Under the pieces are notes generated by a model. It made no database searches. It was given only the letters and a program-made list of their open reading frames with translations, and was not told the origin of the DNA. A DNA stretch of 63,823 nucleotides, filler included, from Welwitschia mirabilis (Eukaryota), in the NCBI GenBank assembly GCA_051453625.1. It is 5 parts of one record of this genome, joined end to end, with 100 filler letters (N's around TTAATTAATTAA, not from the genome) between each part and the next. Parts side by side here need not be neighbours in the genome. Positions count along the whole stretch, not along the records: positions 21,770 to 53,573 come from JBOZIK010000001.1; positions 53,674 to 60,005 come from JBOZIK010000001.1; positions 60,106 to 62,168 come from JBOZIK010000001.1; positions 62,269 to 63,823 come from JBOZIK010000001.1; 1 more part is not named here. The stretch is one strand, 5' to 3'. The position numbers and the translations under genes were made by a program. Shown piece after piece: positions 51,401-63,823 of the stretch (position 1 is its first letter; the number at the start of each line of letters is the position of its first letter).

Positions 51401-53573
51401 AATGTAAAACAAGTTCAATATTTTCTTAGTTATTGTGATTTGTATTATCATTTTATGCAGGATTATGCTAAAATTTGTAAACCCATTTACTAATTACTTA
51501 AAAAAGCTAAATTTAAATGGAATAAATGTTATTAGCTTACTTTTGGAACACTTAAAGATAAAACCTCTTTCACACCTATTATAAAAGAACTCAATTAAAA
51601 TAAAGATTTTGAATTAATATGTGATGCTAATAATATTAACATGGGTGGAGGGTTCTTATATAAAAGTATGAAAATGATTTTAAAGTTATATCTTATTATA
51701 GTAAAACTATGTCTAAAGCTCAATTAAATTATACTACTAGTAAGAAATAAATGTTAGCTATAATCTTTTTCCTCAGCAATCTTAGGCACTATCTTTTAGG
51801 CTTTCATATGAATGTTTATACCAACCATGCAGCTATTAGATACCTCATCACCAAGAAATACTATATTGCTAAACTCATTAAATGGATCCTTCTCATGCAA
51901 GAACTTAATCTTACCATAATTGATAAAGCAAAGAAATATAATAGTGTAGTATATCATTTATCACATTTTTCTCCTTCTCTAGATGATTTCACGATTGATG
52001 ATTCTTCTTTGGATGAAATTTTTTCTATCATATTTTCTACTCATTCTTCTCCTTTGTATGTTAACATAGTTAATTATCTTGTTACCATAAAAACACCATA
52101 ACATTAAAGTTATAGTTAANNNNNNNNNNNNNNNNNNNNNNNNNNNNNNNNNNNNNNNNNNNNNNNNNNNNNNNNNNNNNNNNNNNNNNNNNNNNNNNNN
52201 NNNNNNNNNNNNNNNNNNNAATCTTAGGCACTATCTTTTAGGCTTTCATATGAATGTTTATACCAACCATGCAGCTATTAGATACCTCATGATCAAGAAA
52301 GATTTTAGTGCTAGACTGATTAGATGGAACCTTCTCATGCAAAAATTTAAACTTACCCTCATTGATAAAGCAAGAAAGCATAATAGTGTAGTAGATCATT
52401 TATTACATCTTTTTTCTTCTTTTAATGATCTTATGATTGATGATTCCTTTCTGGATGAAAAACATTTTTTCATACCTTCTACTCATTCTCCTCCTTGGTA
52501 TTNNNNNNNNNNNNNNNNNNNNNNNNNNNNNNNNNNNNNNNNNNNNNNNNNNNNNNNNNNNNNNNNNNNNNNNNNNNNNNNNNNNNNNNNNNNNNNNNNN
52601 NNNNNNNNNNNNNNNNNNNNNNNNNNNNNNNNNNNNNNNNNNNNNNNNNNNNNGCCTAAATGGAAAAAACTAAATATCCTTCATATTTATCATGGTAATA
52701 TTTGTGGAGGTCATTTTAGTGGATAAAAAATATCAATAAAAATTATTGACTCTGGTTTTTATTAGCCTAGTATTTTTGAGGACTTTTTTGATTTTATTAG
52801 AAGGTGTAATGCTTGTCAATGTTATGGTAGCCATATTTGTTTTTATGCTATGCTCTTCAAATCTATTCTTGAATATAAACCTTTTTATTATTTGAGAACA
52901 GATTTTATAGGCCCTATCAAACCACATTATAATTAAAAAAAACTACATTTTAATGACTAATGATTATGTTACTAAATGAGTTAAAGCTATTTCTACTTTT
53001 ACAAATGATGCCCAAACTATTTACAATTTTATTAAAACTTATATCTTGCAATGTTTTATTTGTTTTAGAATTATCATTAGTGATCAAAGAACTCATTTTA
53101 TTAATTATCTTTTTAGGAGACTTCTTCTGTCCATTGGAATTAAACATAAAGTACTCCTTGCTTATCATCCACAAACCAATGGTTAAGCTAAAAATGAAAA
53201 TAGAGAAACAAAAAAAAATGCTTTAAAAATTTATCACTATTAATAAGAAATCTTGGAATTCTAAGCTTAATGATGTTATTTGTGCTTACCATACTACTTG
53301 GCATAATTCTTTTGATTTTCACTTTATGAACTTGTGTATAGAAAAGTTTATATTTTACTAGTTAATGTGTGTTATAACTCTTATCATTTTTTCCATCAAC
53401 TTAATCTTGTAGACCTTTATGAAAATCTTAAAAATAGATTAGCCTAACTCAATTAGTTAGATTAAGAATGTACAGGTGCTATACATTATTAACTTATTCA
53501 CAAAGCCCAAGATAAGTTCAAACATGATAAAAAATTACTTCATAAAAAGTTTAAACCTAGTTAACTTATTCTT
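48440..53573 (+). pseudogene. pol: gag-pol pseudogene of element 2
   Basis: gag FDLPLGNDVELRNL and FSITLKEKAKLWL; protease KALISIGVSVNVIP; RT WISPLTMKPKKDGKWRICID, MPFGLCNA and IFMND; RH YTNHAAIRYL; INT HGNICGGHFSG and YHPQTNG. Very dense stops. Confidence 0.92.
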
Positions 53574-54164
53574 NNNNNNNNNNNNNNNNNNNNNNNNNNN
53601 NNNNNNNNNNNNNNNNNTTAATTAATTAANNNNNNNNNNNNNNNNNNNNNNNNNNNNNNNNNNNNNNNNNNNNCACAAGCAAATCATCTAAATTTTCTCT
53701 TAGCCTTTTTCCTTTAAAAGATTATTGTTGCATTACTTGATCATCTTTCAAACTTGACTTATGTATTTATTTCCATAACTAGTCTTTTAACTTGGGCATT
53801 TTAGTGATAAGATTGGATTCACCAAATATTAGGACATGTAAAAGTTCATGAACTTCAATTGAAAGAAGATGCCTTATTTTTTATTCTTTTCTTAATGGTG
53901 AAATGGTCTTAAATTATTTAAGAGTGTTCTTTTTTATTCTAATCTTTTTTACTTTTACCTTTNNNNNNNNNNNNNNNNNNNNNNNNNNNNNNNNNNNNNN
54001 NNNNNNNNNNNNNNNNNNNNNNNNNNNNNNNNNNNNNNNNNNNNNNNNNNNNNNNNNNNNNNTTAATGGTGAAATGGTCTTAAATTATTTAAGAGTGTTC
54101 TTTTTTATCCTAATCTTTTTTACTTTTACCTTTGTATTTTGGAGTGATTGGTCATGTGGAATGT

Positions 54165-54197
<33 letters not shown>

Positions 54198-55311
54198 CCA
54201 TGACGTTTTATGTTTCTATCTCAAAAACATGTTCACCATGATATCCTACCGTAAGTACACTAGGGCAAATGTTTCTGAAAGAAGCCTTTGGCAGTATAAT
54301 TTGATTTCTGTGGAAACTCTGCTGGGAGGTTAGTTACCCATGCTTTGTAGATTCTTACTTTTCTAATAGTGGTTGCACTCCCCTCATTATGGGTAATAAA
54401 GTTATATTTAAACTTTAAGGTTATAGGATCAGTGGTGTTCCTGGTGTCATCAAATACATTGCTTGTTTCCTAAACTCTTAGTATTTCCACATGGTCACTT
54501 CATTTCTTCAAATTTTTATATTTGTTTTATAGATGACAGTAGGAGAGTCTAATTTTTAAGTAATTCTTTGATCTAATCATTCATTGTTTAAAGCATTTTT
54601 TTTTTGCATCATCATAATCACTGCCTTATTGAATGGAATTTTTCTACATTAGGTCATTCATTTTTCATATCAAGTGATGTTATGATTACTTTCATTGGAA
54701 ATTGTTAGGTTAAAATGTTAGATTGCTAAGCTTTTTTTTTTTTTATGGTATCTTATGCCCANNNNNNNNNNGTTTTGTTTTGTGGTTTGGTTAGTTATTT
54801 CAAAGTCATTACCGTATTTTCTTATCATATTTTCCTATTTTTAGTTTTTAATAAAAAGTAATTTCTTTTTAGATTTATGTTATTTTTTAGATTTTTGATG
54901 TTGTAAAGTGCTATTCATATTTTTTTTATAGTGAAACACTTTCTGTCCATATTTTTGTTACTCACCTTTGTAGTTTGTTTTGAAAGTTGTCTTTATTTCC
55001 ATTTTCTGCCTTCCCACTTTCACTTATCTTCTTCACTTTATTTTTTTAATATAGGATATATTATTTTTTTCTTTGGAGGGGTAGAGACTCATTTGCATGG
55101 CTCATTTTTCAAAAAATTTTAAACTTTTATGACATAAATTTTCAAAATATTTCAAACACAGTGTGCATTACTTGTAATTTATCTATATGATGTGTCTTTA
55201 TAAGCCTATTTTATGATTTCCATAATATCTTTTGAAAAATAAATTTGCTTACAATTATGGCTTTTTCGCCTGATTTTTGTCAGGGACAAACAAAGGCTAA
55301 GTGAGAGGCTA

Positions 55312-56289
55312 TGTTTCACTACCAATTTATAGTTATTTAATGGGTTTTATGAGTTATTTTGCAAGACTTTTATATAGGTTTTAGTGCGAATCTAAGGATT
55401 TTGGAGATGCAAGTGGAAATCTCAAAAAAGTGCAAATATTATCCAAATTTAACATATTTAAGGTACTTTCTAGTGAATAGATCTTTTTATGATAAAATGG
55501 TTAAGTTTCTTCTCATGAAAGACATTAAAAAAGACCATTGTCCCTTCCATCATCCCCATGACAATACCAAATGATGACTGTTGATGTAAACTACTGACTC
55601 ATCACTTTCAAAGATATTTTGTAATGTTCTATCATCCTTAAGATTGTCTAGACAACATCTTGGATGACGCTGATATGTAACTATCACTAATAGATTCTCT
55701 CAGTCATTTTTTCCATTTTTGAATGCTTAATAAGCGCGTGTAATCGCACCTTCTATCTATTCATTTCTATTGTATTTCCTATAAATAAGTCCTCCTTCTA
55801 CTCTCCTTTCCATCTTTGATGCACCAAATATTCTTGTGACAGGAGAGTGAAGGGTAGAAGATCCATCTTTGTGAGTTGAAGATCCAGATCCATCTTTATG
55901 AGTTGCAGAAAAACAAGCACTTGGTAGAGGGTTGTCATCTTTTATTAAGACCTAGTTGTTTTGTAACCTGGATGAATATTTCTCTTTTAATATAAATCTT
56001 TGTTTTATTTATGTTTGTATTATAGATCTTCTTGTGATCCTTATAATCTAAATTTGCCTAAGATCTTATGACAATTTCTTGGATAATATAGATTATCAAG
56101 GATAGCTTTTATTAGGGCTGAAAGGCAAGTGAAGTTAAGGCATTTACATTGCATGTTAGATTAGATTGCATCTTGAACCTTGCATGTTAGTTTTATTTAC
56201 TTGCATTGTTATTTATCATTTCTGATTCAAGATTTATGTTGCCAAATCAACCTAAGTTTTCTTACGAATAGACTTCAATGAGATACGAC
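55312..56289 (+). repeat. 3' LTR of element 2 (runs into a gap)
   Basis: Follows GGGACAAACAAAGGCTAAGTGAGAGGCTA; CTATAAATA at ~55779; shares layout and blocks with the 21783 LTR. Confidence 0.75.
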
Positions 56290-57239
56290 NNNNNNNNNNN
56301 NNNNNNNNNNNNNNNNNNNNNNNNNNNNNNNNNNNNNNNNNNNNNNNNNNNNNNNNNNNNNNNNNNNNNNNNNNNNNNNNNNNNNNNNNNNNNNNNNNNN
56401 NNNNNNNNNNNNNNNNNNNNNNNNNNNNNNNNNNNNNNNNNNNNNNNNNNNNNNNNNNNNNNNNNNNNNNNNNNNNNNNNNNNNNNNNNNNNNNNNNNNN
56501 NNNNNNNNNNNNNNNNNNNNNNNNNNNNNNNNNNNNNNNNNNNNNNNNNNNNNNNNNNNNNNNNNNNNNNNNNNNNNNNNNNNNNNNNNNNNNNNNNNNN
56601 NNNNNNNNNNNNNNNNNNNNNNNNNNNNNNNNNNNNNNNNNNNNNNNNNNNNNNNNNNNNNNNNNNNNNNNNNNNNNNNNNNNNNNNNNNNNNNNNNNNN
56701 NNNNNNNNNNNNNNNNNNNNNNNNNNNNNNNNNNNNNNNNNNNNNNNNNNNNNNNNNNNNNNNNNNNNNNNNNNNNNNNNNNNNNNNNNNNNNNNNNNNN
56801 NNNNNNNNNNNNNNNNNNNNNNNNNNNNNNNNNNNNNNNNNNNNNNNNNNNNNNNNNNNNNNNNNNNNNNNNNNNNNNNNNNNNNNNNNNNNNNNNNNNN
56901 NNNNNNNNNNNNNNNNNNNNNNNNNNNNNNNNNNNNNNNNNNNNNNNNNNNNNNNNNNNNNNNNNNNNNNNNNNNNNNNNNNNNNNNNNNNNNNNNNNNN
57001 NNNNNNNNNNNNNNNNNNNNNNNNNNNNNNNNNNNNNNNNNNNNNNNNNNNNNNNNNNNNNNNNNNNNNNNNNNNNNNNNNNNNNNNNNNNNNNNNNNNN
57101 NNNNNNNNNNNNNNNNNNNNNNNNNNNNNNNNNNNNNNNNNNNNNNNNNNNNNNNNNNNNNNNNNNNNNNNNNNNAAAATCTGTTTGAATGTTAAAGTAT
57201 GCATAAATATGCACCACAATACTAAGTGTATTAATAACT

Positions 57240-58378
57240 ATAATTACAAAGATCTACCATTACATGGTGCTTTCTATACCTAGAGTAATATTAGAGAAAG
57301 AGCAAATCTTGTTATCTCTATAATTGATAAGTTTTTGGTCAAAAACTCAAATGAGCATTTCTTCCTTAAAAAAAAAAGGAGAGAAATTTTTCCCTGATCA
57401 TAGATCTATAATCCTAATGATGAATTTCCCTTTAAAAAATCTCTTTTCTAATTTTAGCACTCTTAACTAAATAACTCAAACTACATTGACTTCATTAAGC
57501 ATACTCAGAATACTCTGGTGAAAGGTACCTCTACTTACAGATTATTTTAAAAGCTCAAAATGTTAAGACATGAGTTAATCATTTTAAAGAGATAGTTAAA
57601 TGAATCTTTTAAAAAGGTCAAGAATCAATTATTAAAAGAGATTACTATTATTCAAAATTAGAGTTACCCTACTAATGTAGATATAGGTTATAAAAAGCAT
57701 CTTATTTTTCAAATCCATGATATATCCTTGAAGGAAGAAACTTATTGGAAATAGAGATCTAGAATTGAATGGCTTAAAGAAAGGTCCGTAATATAAAGTT
57801 CTTTTTCTAGGCAGAAAATAGACACAAATAAAATAATAGTATATAATGGAGCACACCCATAGCATGTTATAATACAAACACCCATATTGCTTATTTTTTT
57901 GTTGATTATTTCTAGACCTTTTTTACAAAAAAACTGGTGGTTTTAAGTAGTGTTTCAGTTAGCCCTCCCATTATTAAAGAGAAGTAATGCTACTTAAATC
58001 AAAAAGTCATAGAAGATGAAATTAGAAATACTATCAACTTAATTAAAAACAATATGGCATTAGGCCTTGATGGGTTCATTGTAGAATTCTTTTAGGTCTT
58101 CTAAGATATAATCAAATTTAATCGATGTGATGTAGTATAAGAAACTTTCAAAAAAGGTACCTTCTAAAAACCATTAAAAGCTACTTTCATTGCCCTTGTT
58201 CCAAAAATAAAATATGTAGAAAGTCATTATTAGTATAGGCTAATCAGTCTTTGCAATATTTTTTATAAGATCTGCATTAAGATTACTGCAAATAGCCTTA
58301 AAATGCTCCTTCCAAATATGGTTCTCTCCTCTTAATTCAGTTTTATATTAGGTAGTGCCATCCATGATAACATTATTG
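57240..58378 (+). pseudogene. L1-type LINE ORF2 fragment (endonuclease C-terminus to RT N-terminus, internally deleted)
   Basis: DLPLHGAFYT*SN...IDKFLV; PDH; RIEWLKE..RNIKFF; EDEIRNTI......ALGLDGFIVEFF; TFIALVPK......YRLISLCNIFYKI..KI.AN.LK..LP; SFILG.AIHDNI. Confidence 0.92.
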
Positions 58379-59099
58379 GATTTTATTTGTGTGTTCAACA
58401 TCTTCATTCCTCTCTTGAATGGTGGTTAAAATCACCTCCTAATTTCCCTTTTCTTCTTACCTGTCCTATTTAATTTTGTTGCACTTTAAAGGTATTTAAA
58501 CCCCTCCATTCTAATCAAAAAATGGAGTTGATTTCCTTGGATATCATTGATGCTCCATGGGTTGATTTCAACTTTAATCTTTTGTTAATTCATTTTCTAA
58601 TACTAAAAAATGGTATCAAAGAAAACCTAGAGAAATTCAAAAACTTATAAAAACCAAGAAATTATAGCCATCTAAATGTCCTCATCTATAACTCTAGATG
58701 TCATTACCCATTGCTCTTTAGAAAAGCGCCTTGTATTTTTAGCTAAATTCACATCCCTTGCATCCTTTGATTTCAATCCAATTAAGTGCAAAACAAAGAA
58801 TCTGTTTCAGAAAATAATGTTACAGAACATTCATTATTTAATATTCAATTGATGAAAGATTGGAATCCACTCCTTTGAAGCCTCCAAAGAAGCTATAGGT
58901 TCTTGCCACTAAAGTTTCCAAAGAGAGTGATCCTATGAGCTAGGCACTCAGCCAACAAGAGTTATTATCAATTGGCTACCACTTCTTGTAACCCTTTTAA
59001 TTCTTTGTATGAATTCTTGATTAAAATCTAAAGTACATTTTTCATTTTATTTGTATTTCTTTATCTACCCTTTCATTAGTTTTTGTTGTACACTTTGTT

Positions 59100-59830
59100 T
59101 TGGAGAATGTGATGAAAAATGTTCAGCAACATTAAGATTCAAAATAATCAAATGTAAACTAATATGAGATTAAATTTTAAAGCAATGAGGAGGAAAGGCA
59201 TTAAAAATGAAAAGCAGAATCGCTCTCCATGAGGATGCAGATCTAACCCATTCAAAAGGGCTCAGAACTAGATCTAACTGCATTTGATAGGTAGTTGGAT
59301 TGTCATAACTTATTTTTCCAAATTTGCTACCTAACTTTCCTGAAATAGCATTCTGCATCTTTGGAAAAGATTAGAGCTTGCAAAATTCAATGGCATCCTA
59401 AATGATTTTTTGAATGCATTTAAACAAAAATAATTTTAATATCACTGTGATTCAAGGCCTAAAATAGTTGGTCAAAGAAGAAGGATAGATGCAGTTAAGT
59501 TTGGGCTATAGAGCAAGTGTAGCTATGGAAGGATCCATATACAATGAAATACAAGATTCTTCTATCATTGAGATTCCAGAGAGTTTATCCTAGATGCCTT
59601 ATAGAGTATCTCAAGAAGCTTTTCTATTCTGACTGTGGCAAATAGAAGATTTACTTATAGGCTTTATGCTCATGCTTTGATGCAATATTTTGTTTGTCAT
59701 CTCCATGCATGAACACAATTGGAGATGTAGATGATTCATAGAATTTTGAGAAATCTAAAAAAGAGTAGATATGTCAATGTTTGAAGCATCATATATATCT
59801 CAATGCTAATGAAGAATGACACACCTATGA
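59100..59830 (+). pseudogene. Possible highly decayed hAT transposase relic
   Basis: Frameshifted motifs in the expected order: KFAT/NFL (TRFATNF-like, ~59320), AM.GSIYNE (PAMGYIY-like, ~59522) and CLSSPC/EHNW (CSSS.CERNWS-like, ~59691-59722). Confidence 0.4.
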
Positions 59831-60105
59831 AGACTAATGATAAATCCATTCCTATGATCCACCTGATCAAATCCGAGGTTGTATCATGGAGCTTCATTTT
59901 GGTTGAGTTTGAAACCCTAGTAGCAGCACTATTGTGACACCAACTTAAGTGTATTTGATAGGGTATTTTGAGTTGTTTTGCAGATAAACTAACAGATAAA
60001 TGCTCNNNNNNNNNNNNNNNNNNNNNNNNNNNNNNNNNNNNNNNNNNNNTTAATTAATTAANNNNNNNNNNNNNNNNNNNNNNNNNNNNNNNNNNNNNNN
60101 NNNNN

Positions 60106-60306
60106 AAAAAGTGTTTTTTCAAAAAAATGTGTTTTTTCCCTGCCTTACTTGTACTAACTTGCCGAGACTCGCCGGGACTCGCCGAGACTCGCGAGTTTTC
60201 GAGGTTGACTTGCACTCGGCGAGTCACACCTCACCTGACTCGCGAGTGCTAAAAAACTTGCGACTCGGCAAGTACGCTCTGAGACTCGGCGAGTTTTGCA
60301 ACAGTG
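60106..60306. mobile_element. One end of a non-autonomous hAT-like element (MITE) with palindromic subterminal repeats
   Basis: GC/CpG-rich block with about 7 copies of ACTCG(G/C)CGAG-like palindromes, ending ...GAGTTTTGCAACAGTG. The other end is lost in the gap. Confidence 0.65.
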
Positions 60307-60478
60307 AAGACAACAATTTGGAAATTAAAATAGGCATGAATTAGGATTTAGACAAGAAGGAGCTTTGCAAACAAGTCAAATTTGTAAAGTTCGCAACAAG
60401 AATTAACCGGATTCAAGATTCATCAAGACTGGATTTGTAAACAACATTCAAGATCTAGTGTAAATTGAAAAAAAGGCT

Positions 60479-60491
60479 GGCTCTGATACCA
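60479..60491 (-). promoter_or_regulatory. Intact tRNA-iMet PBS (TGGTATCAGAGCC) of a minus-strand LTR element relic
   Basis: Plus strand GGCTCTGATACCA; an LTR-like ...AACTTCA end lies 3 nt upstream on the minus strand. Confidence 0.75.
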
Positions 60492-61499
60492 TACTGAAGT
60501 TCCCAAGATTCAAAAGGATGTGGTTTAATTCAAGAGCATTCATGAATTTCGACAAAAGGATATTATTTCTAGTATCTTCTAAATTACAAAAAAAAACTTG
60601 TTTTTCAAGTAATGTAAATATAGCAAGGATCAAAAATTCATTTGTCATTCAAAGAATTTAATCTCTGATCTATAATCTGTTATAAAATCCCAAGAAATTT
60701 AGAAATTGTGCTTATGGATGTTTTAGACTTTTGTTAGAGTGCGACGTTCATATAACCAAAGAATTACAATTCCTATAAAGGATCTTATACCTTTGTAAGC
60801 CACAAAAATTTAGAGAAATTGAGAGTTTAAAATCTGAATTCTCTGGGTTAGGATAAAACAGAGATTGGAACTTTAATTTGTCAGCTAACGACATTATGTT
60901 TGAAGGAGTTATTATAGATGCTGGGCTTTGAAACAAGAGAGGGAAGAATTCTTCATCATATAATTGGAATAATGTAAAACAACACAAAAAAATTTATCAC
61001 TACTACTCTGAGCTTTAAATGTAACATGATAACACTATAATATTAGTTTCAATTCAAGTAAACTATAGTTTAGTGAATAACTAAATTGACGTCTTAAACA
61101 ATTGTAATTTTTCGGAGTAATGATCTAAACTGATAGACAAGCCCAGAGAATTTTGATAAGCATGGAATTACAACTCATGAAACCTGAATGATGTATTACA
61201 AAATTGTTTTCAAGTTGATAAAAGCAAAATGCATTTACAATATGAAGTTTTGAAAAACATATAAAACTTGGAAATTGATACATAGGAAATTTTTGAATGA
61301 TCTCTACCATGCTTCTTAAAATGGCAAGACATTCAACATTTGCAAGTGAAGTATGCCATATTCTTGATGATTGGAGTTTCTTGAATTAGTTGCTAAAACC
61401 AAATTGATATAACAGTGCAGCTAAACTTGGCGAAATTCAAGTAAAGGAACAACACAATAGATCTATTCACTGTACCACTCCTCTGTATTTTTTGTTAGG

Positions 61500-61660
61500 C
61501 CCATTACCGTCATACCAGAAGCCATGACTTAGATATATGTAAGATAGGGCCTTTCTTTTCACACTTTGCCATTCTTCGTCCTTTATGGATGCCAGTTTCG
61601 CAGACTCCAGAGCTTCAAGGCAATCATTCTTCGTCCTTCATTAGATCGGGATGGGACATT
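61500..61660 (-). pseudogene. Ty1/copia gag N-terminal fragment; the GC-rich 61680-62100 is probably its 5' UTR
   Basis: Minus strand EALESAKLASIKDEEWQSVKRKALSYIYLS resembles the copia gag motif KAL....P..M.DEEW...D.KAL..I.L. Confidence 0.5.
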
Positions 61661-62403
61661 CATCCTATTATTTGGTACGTCCGAACTAGTGCTCGGTTTT
61701 TTATACTGGGACGTCCGCCCTTGTGAACCGGGATGTCTAGCTTTGTACTGNNNNNNNNNNNNNNNNNNNNNNNNNNNNNNNNNNNNNNNNNNNNNNNNNN
61801 NNNNNNNNNNNNNNNNNNNNNNNNNNNNNNNNNNNNNNNNNNNNNNNNNNTACTGGGACGTCCGCCCCTGTGAACCGGGATGTCTAGCTTTGTACTGGGT
61901 CTGATTATACTAGGACCTTCGCCCTGTGAAACTGGGACTTTCGGACCAATTTGAATCAGGATGTCCGGATGACCGACCCTGTATTTGGTTTTTTGGAAAG
62001 CACAGATTAGAACTATGACATCTGGGTCCCCTCGATGGGACATCTGGCCTTTTATCCCTTGGCGTGGAAATATAGCCGTTTAAAGACGTTAGCCGCGGAT
62101 TTCAATATTACAACTCTTTTTGGTCATCTGGCACATTCTTCAAAGATCTAAACCCTTGTTATTCATCTNNNNNNNNNNNNNNNNNNNNNNNNNNNNNNNN
62201 NNNNNNNNNNNNTTAATTAATTAANNNNNNNNNNNNNNNNNNNNNNNNNNNNNNNNNNNNNNNNNNNNCATTATGGTCTTTCCTAAAATACTTTCCTCCT
62301 CATCATGTACTAGCCTTCTGTAATTAACTTGTTCTCAAAATACTTCTATAAATTTCCTATTTTTATAACTTTAAGGACAAAGTTAAATTTTGTTTAGGGG
62401 CTA

Positions 62404-63823
62404 TGACATCCATTTTTATAGATTTTTTTTTGATTTTGATGCCATAAAATTGTTAAAAATTGATAAAATTTTTTTAAAAATATCATATCATTTCCTTACT
62501 TACCATTTTTACTTAGTCAATTTTTTCATGTTCACCATTTTTTTATCAATGTTTTGCTAAGGGTCTAGCAAAAGTCTAGTTACGAAGTGCGTTTACATGC
62601 CAAAATTAACATTCTAAGCAAGTATAATTGATGAATTTAATATTGGAAAAAACATTAAAATGCATTGCTTTATCACATATTAATGTCTTTTCCTCTTTTT
62701 ACTATTTTTCATGAAATTATGGACTTTTCCCTAACATAAGTAGATGTGTTACTGCCTTTTGAAGAAATGTGCCCAAACTAAAGAAAATTCAGCACCGAAT
62801 GTTAGCGCTACCGGTGAGGATTACGAGCACTACCAGCCTTCTAAAGTAAACTAATGAAAAGCTCATGTTCCTATGCCTTTTTGGTTAATTAATCAAATTA
62901 CATTTATAACCTAAGTCAGAAATAATCCAAAATAAACCTTTAAACCTGATAACACTTAGCAGAAGTATAACATAACATGTTACAGTGNNNNNNNNNNNNN
63001 NNNNNNNNNNNNNNNNNNNNNNNNNNNNNNNNNNNNNNNNNNNNNNNNNNNNNNNNNNNNNNNNNNNNNNNNNNNNNNNNNNNNNNNACTACTAGTGAGG
63101 ATTACAAGCACTATTGGCCTTCTAAAGTAAACTAATGAAAAGCTCATGTTCCTATGCCTTTTTGGGAAATTAATCAAATTACATTTATGAGCTAAGTTAG
63201 AAATAATCCAAAATAAACCTTTAAACCTGATAACACTTAGCAGAAGTATAAGATGACATGTCATAGTGACATGTGGTACAATAAGAATGATCACATAAAA
63301 TATATATGAAATCATCAATAGTCAGAGGACACATCATCGTCGTGTTTGCATAAGAATGTAAATAATCTTTCCTTGTCACTACATATCAAATATTGTAACT
63401 TCCTTCTTAGGTAACTACCTAATATGACCCTCTTTGTTGTAATTATCAACCTAATGCGTAATGACAATATCTAATNNNNNNNNNNNNNNNNNNNNNNNNN
63501 NNNNNNNNNNNNNNNNNNNNNNNNNNNNNNNNNNNNNNNNNNNNNNNNNNNNNNNNNNNNNNNNNNNNNNNNNNNAGAGGACACATCATCATCATGTTTG
63601 CATAAGAAGGTAAATAATCTTTCCTTGTGACTACATACCAAATATTGTAACTTCCTTCTTAGGTAACTACCTAATATGACCCTCTTTTGTTGTAATTACT
63701 GACCTAATGCATAATGACAATACCTAACGCAATCATGAAAAAGTCTCTCCAAGCCTTTCCTCATCTATAAAAGGGCCTTGAGCACCCATTGTAGACATCT
63801 ATTGGTTACCTTAACATGGAGAA
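62404..63823 (+). repeat. 3' LTR of another Athila-like element, running off the right edge
   Basis: Preceded by AGGACAAAGTTAAATTTTGTTTAGGGGCTA (pre-PPT/PPT), starts TGACATCC. 62780-62900 is homologous to 1740-1860 of the element 1 LTR. CTATAAAAGGG at ~63765. Confidence 0.7.

Larger units (their letters stand above)
47163..56289 (+). mobile_element. Second near-full-length Athila-like element ('element 2'), a relative of element 1, possibly an assembly mosaic
   Basis: LTR-like start TATTGAGCTAC at 47163; gag-pol colinear with element 1; 3' UTR 53690-53830 homologous to 9670-9830; PPT AAGTGAGAGGCTA then TGTTTCAC at 55312. The two putative LTRs match each other poorly, and several gaps intervene. 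Confidence 0.7.

Noticed and set aside
54240..54400. Hammerhead ribozyme (retrozyme)
   Set aside because: GAAAC is present, but I find no CTGANGA core in the proper stem arrangement.
58380..61500. Host gene exons
   Set aside because: No ORF with recognisable host protein motifs or a convincing exon chain. Short exons within a large intron cannot be excluded without RNA-seq.
1..63823. Species-level identification
   Set aside because: TE features suggest a low-GC non-flowering seed plant, but nothing in the window is diagnostic of a species.

Overview
AT-rich plant nuclear scaffold from a gappy draft assembly (about 18 N-gaps, four containing an artificial TTAATTAATTAA linker). I find no intact host gene, RNA gene or CRISPR array. 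The window is almost entirely nested, decayed transposable elements. It holds at least five Athila-like Ty3/gypsy copies, including one structurally complete element at 1369-12430. That element sits inside the LTR of a minus-strand element, which in turn abuts or interrupts the pol of a same-family plus-strand element. Also present: a Tat-type gypsy fragment with an archaeal-type RNase H between protease and RT, a SIRE-like copia 3' end, a Tekay chromovirus 3' end, solo or partial LTRs, an L1 LINE ORF2 fragment, probable hAT relics and a copia gag fragment. The Tat domain order and the RT/integrase motifs point to a non-flowering seed plant, probably a gymnosperm (inference). I see no solid evidence for a new biological system. 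The best leads are an LTR apparently shared by Tat-type and Athila-type internal regions, a candidate structured RNA in two Athila 3' UTRs, a clustered array of 19-bp palindromes with ~31-bp period, and strong C>T/G>A decay outside CpG contexts. All alignments and translations were done by eye, so domain boundaries are approximate.
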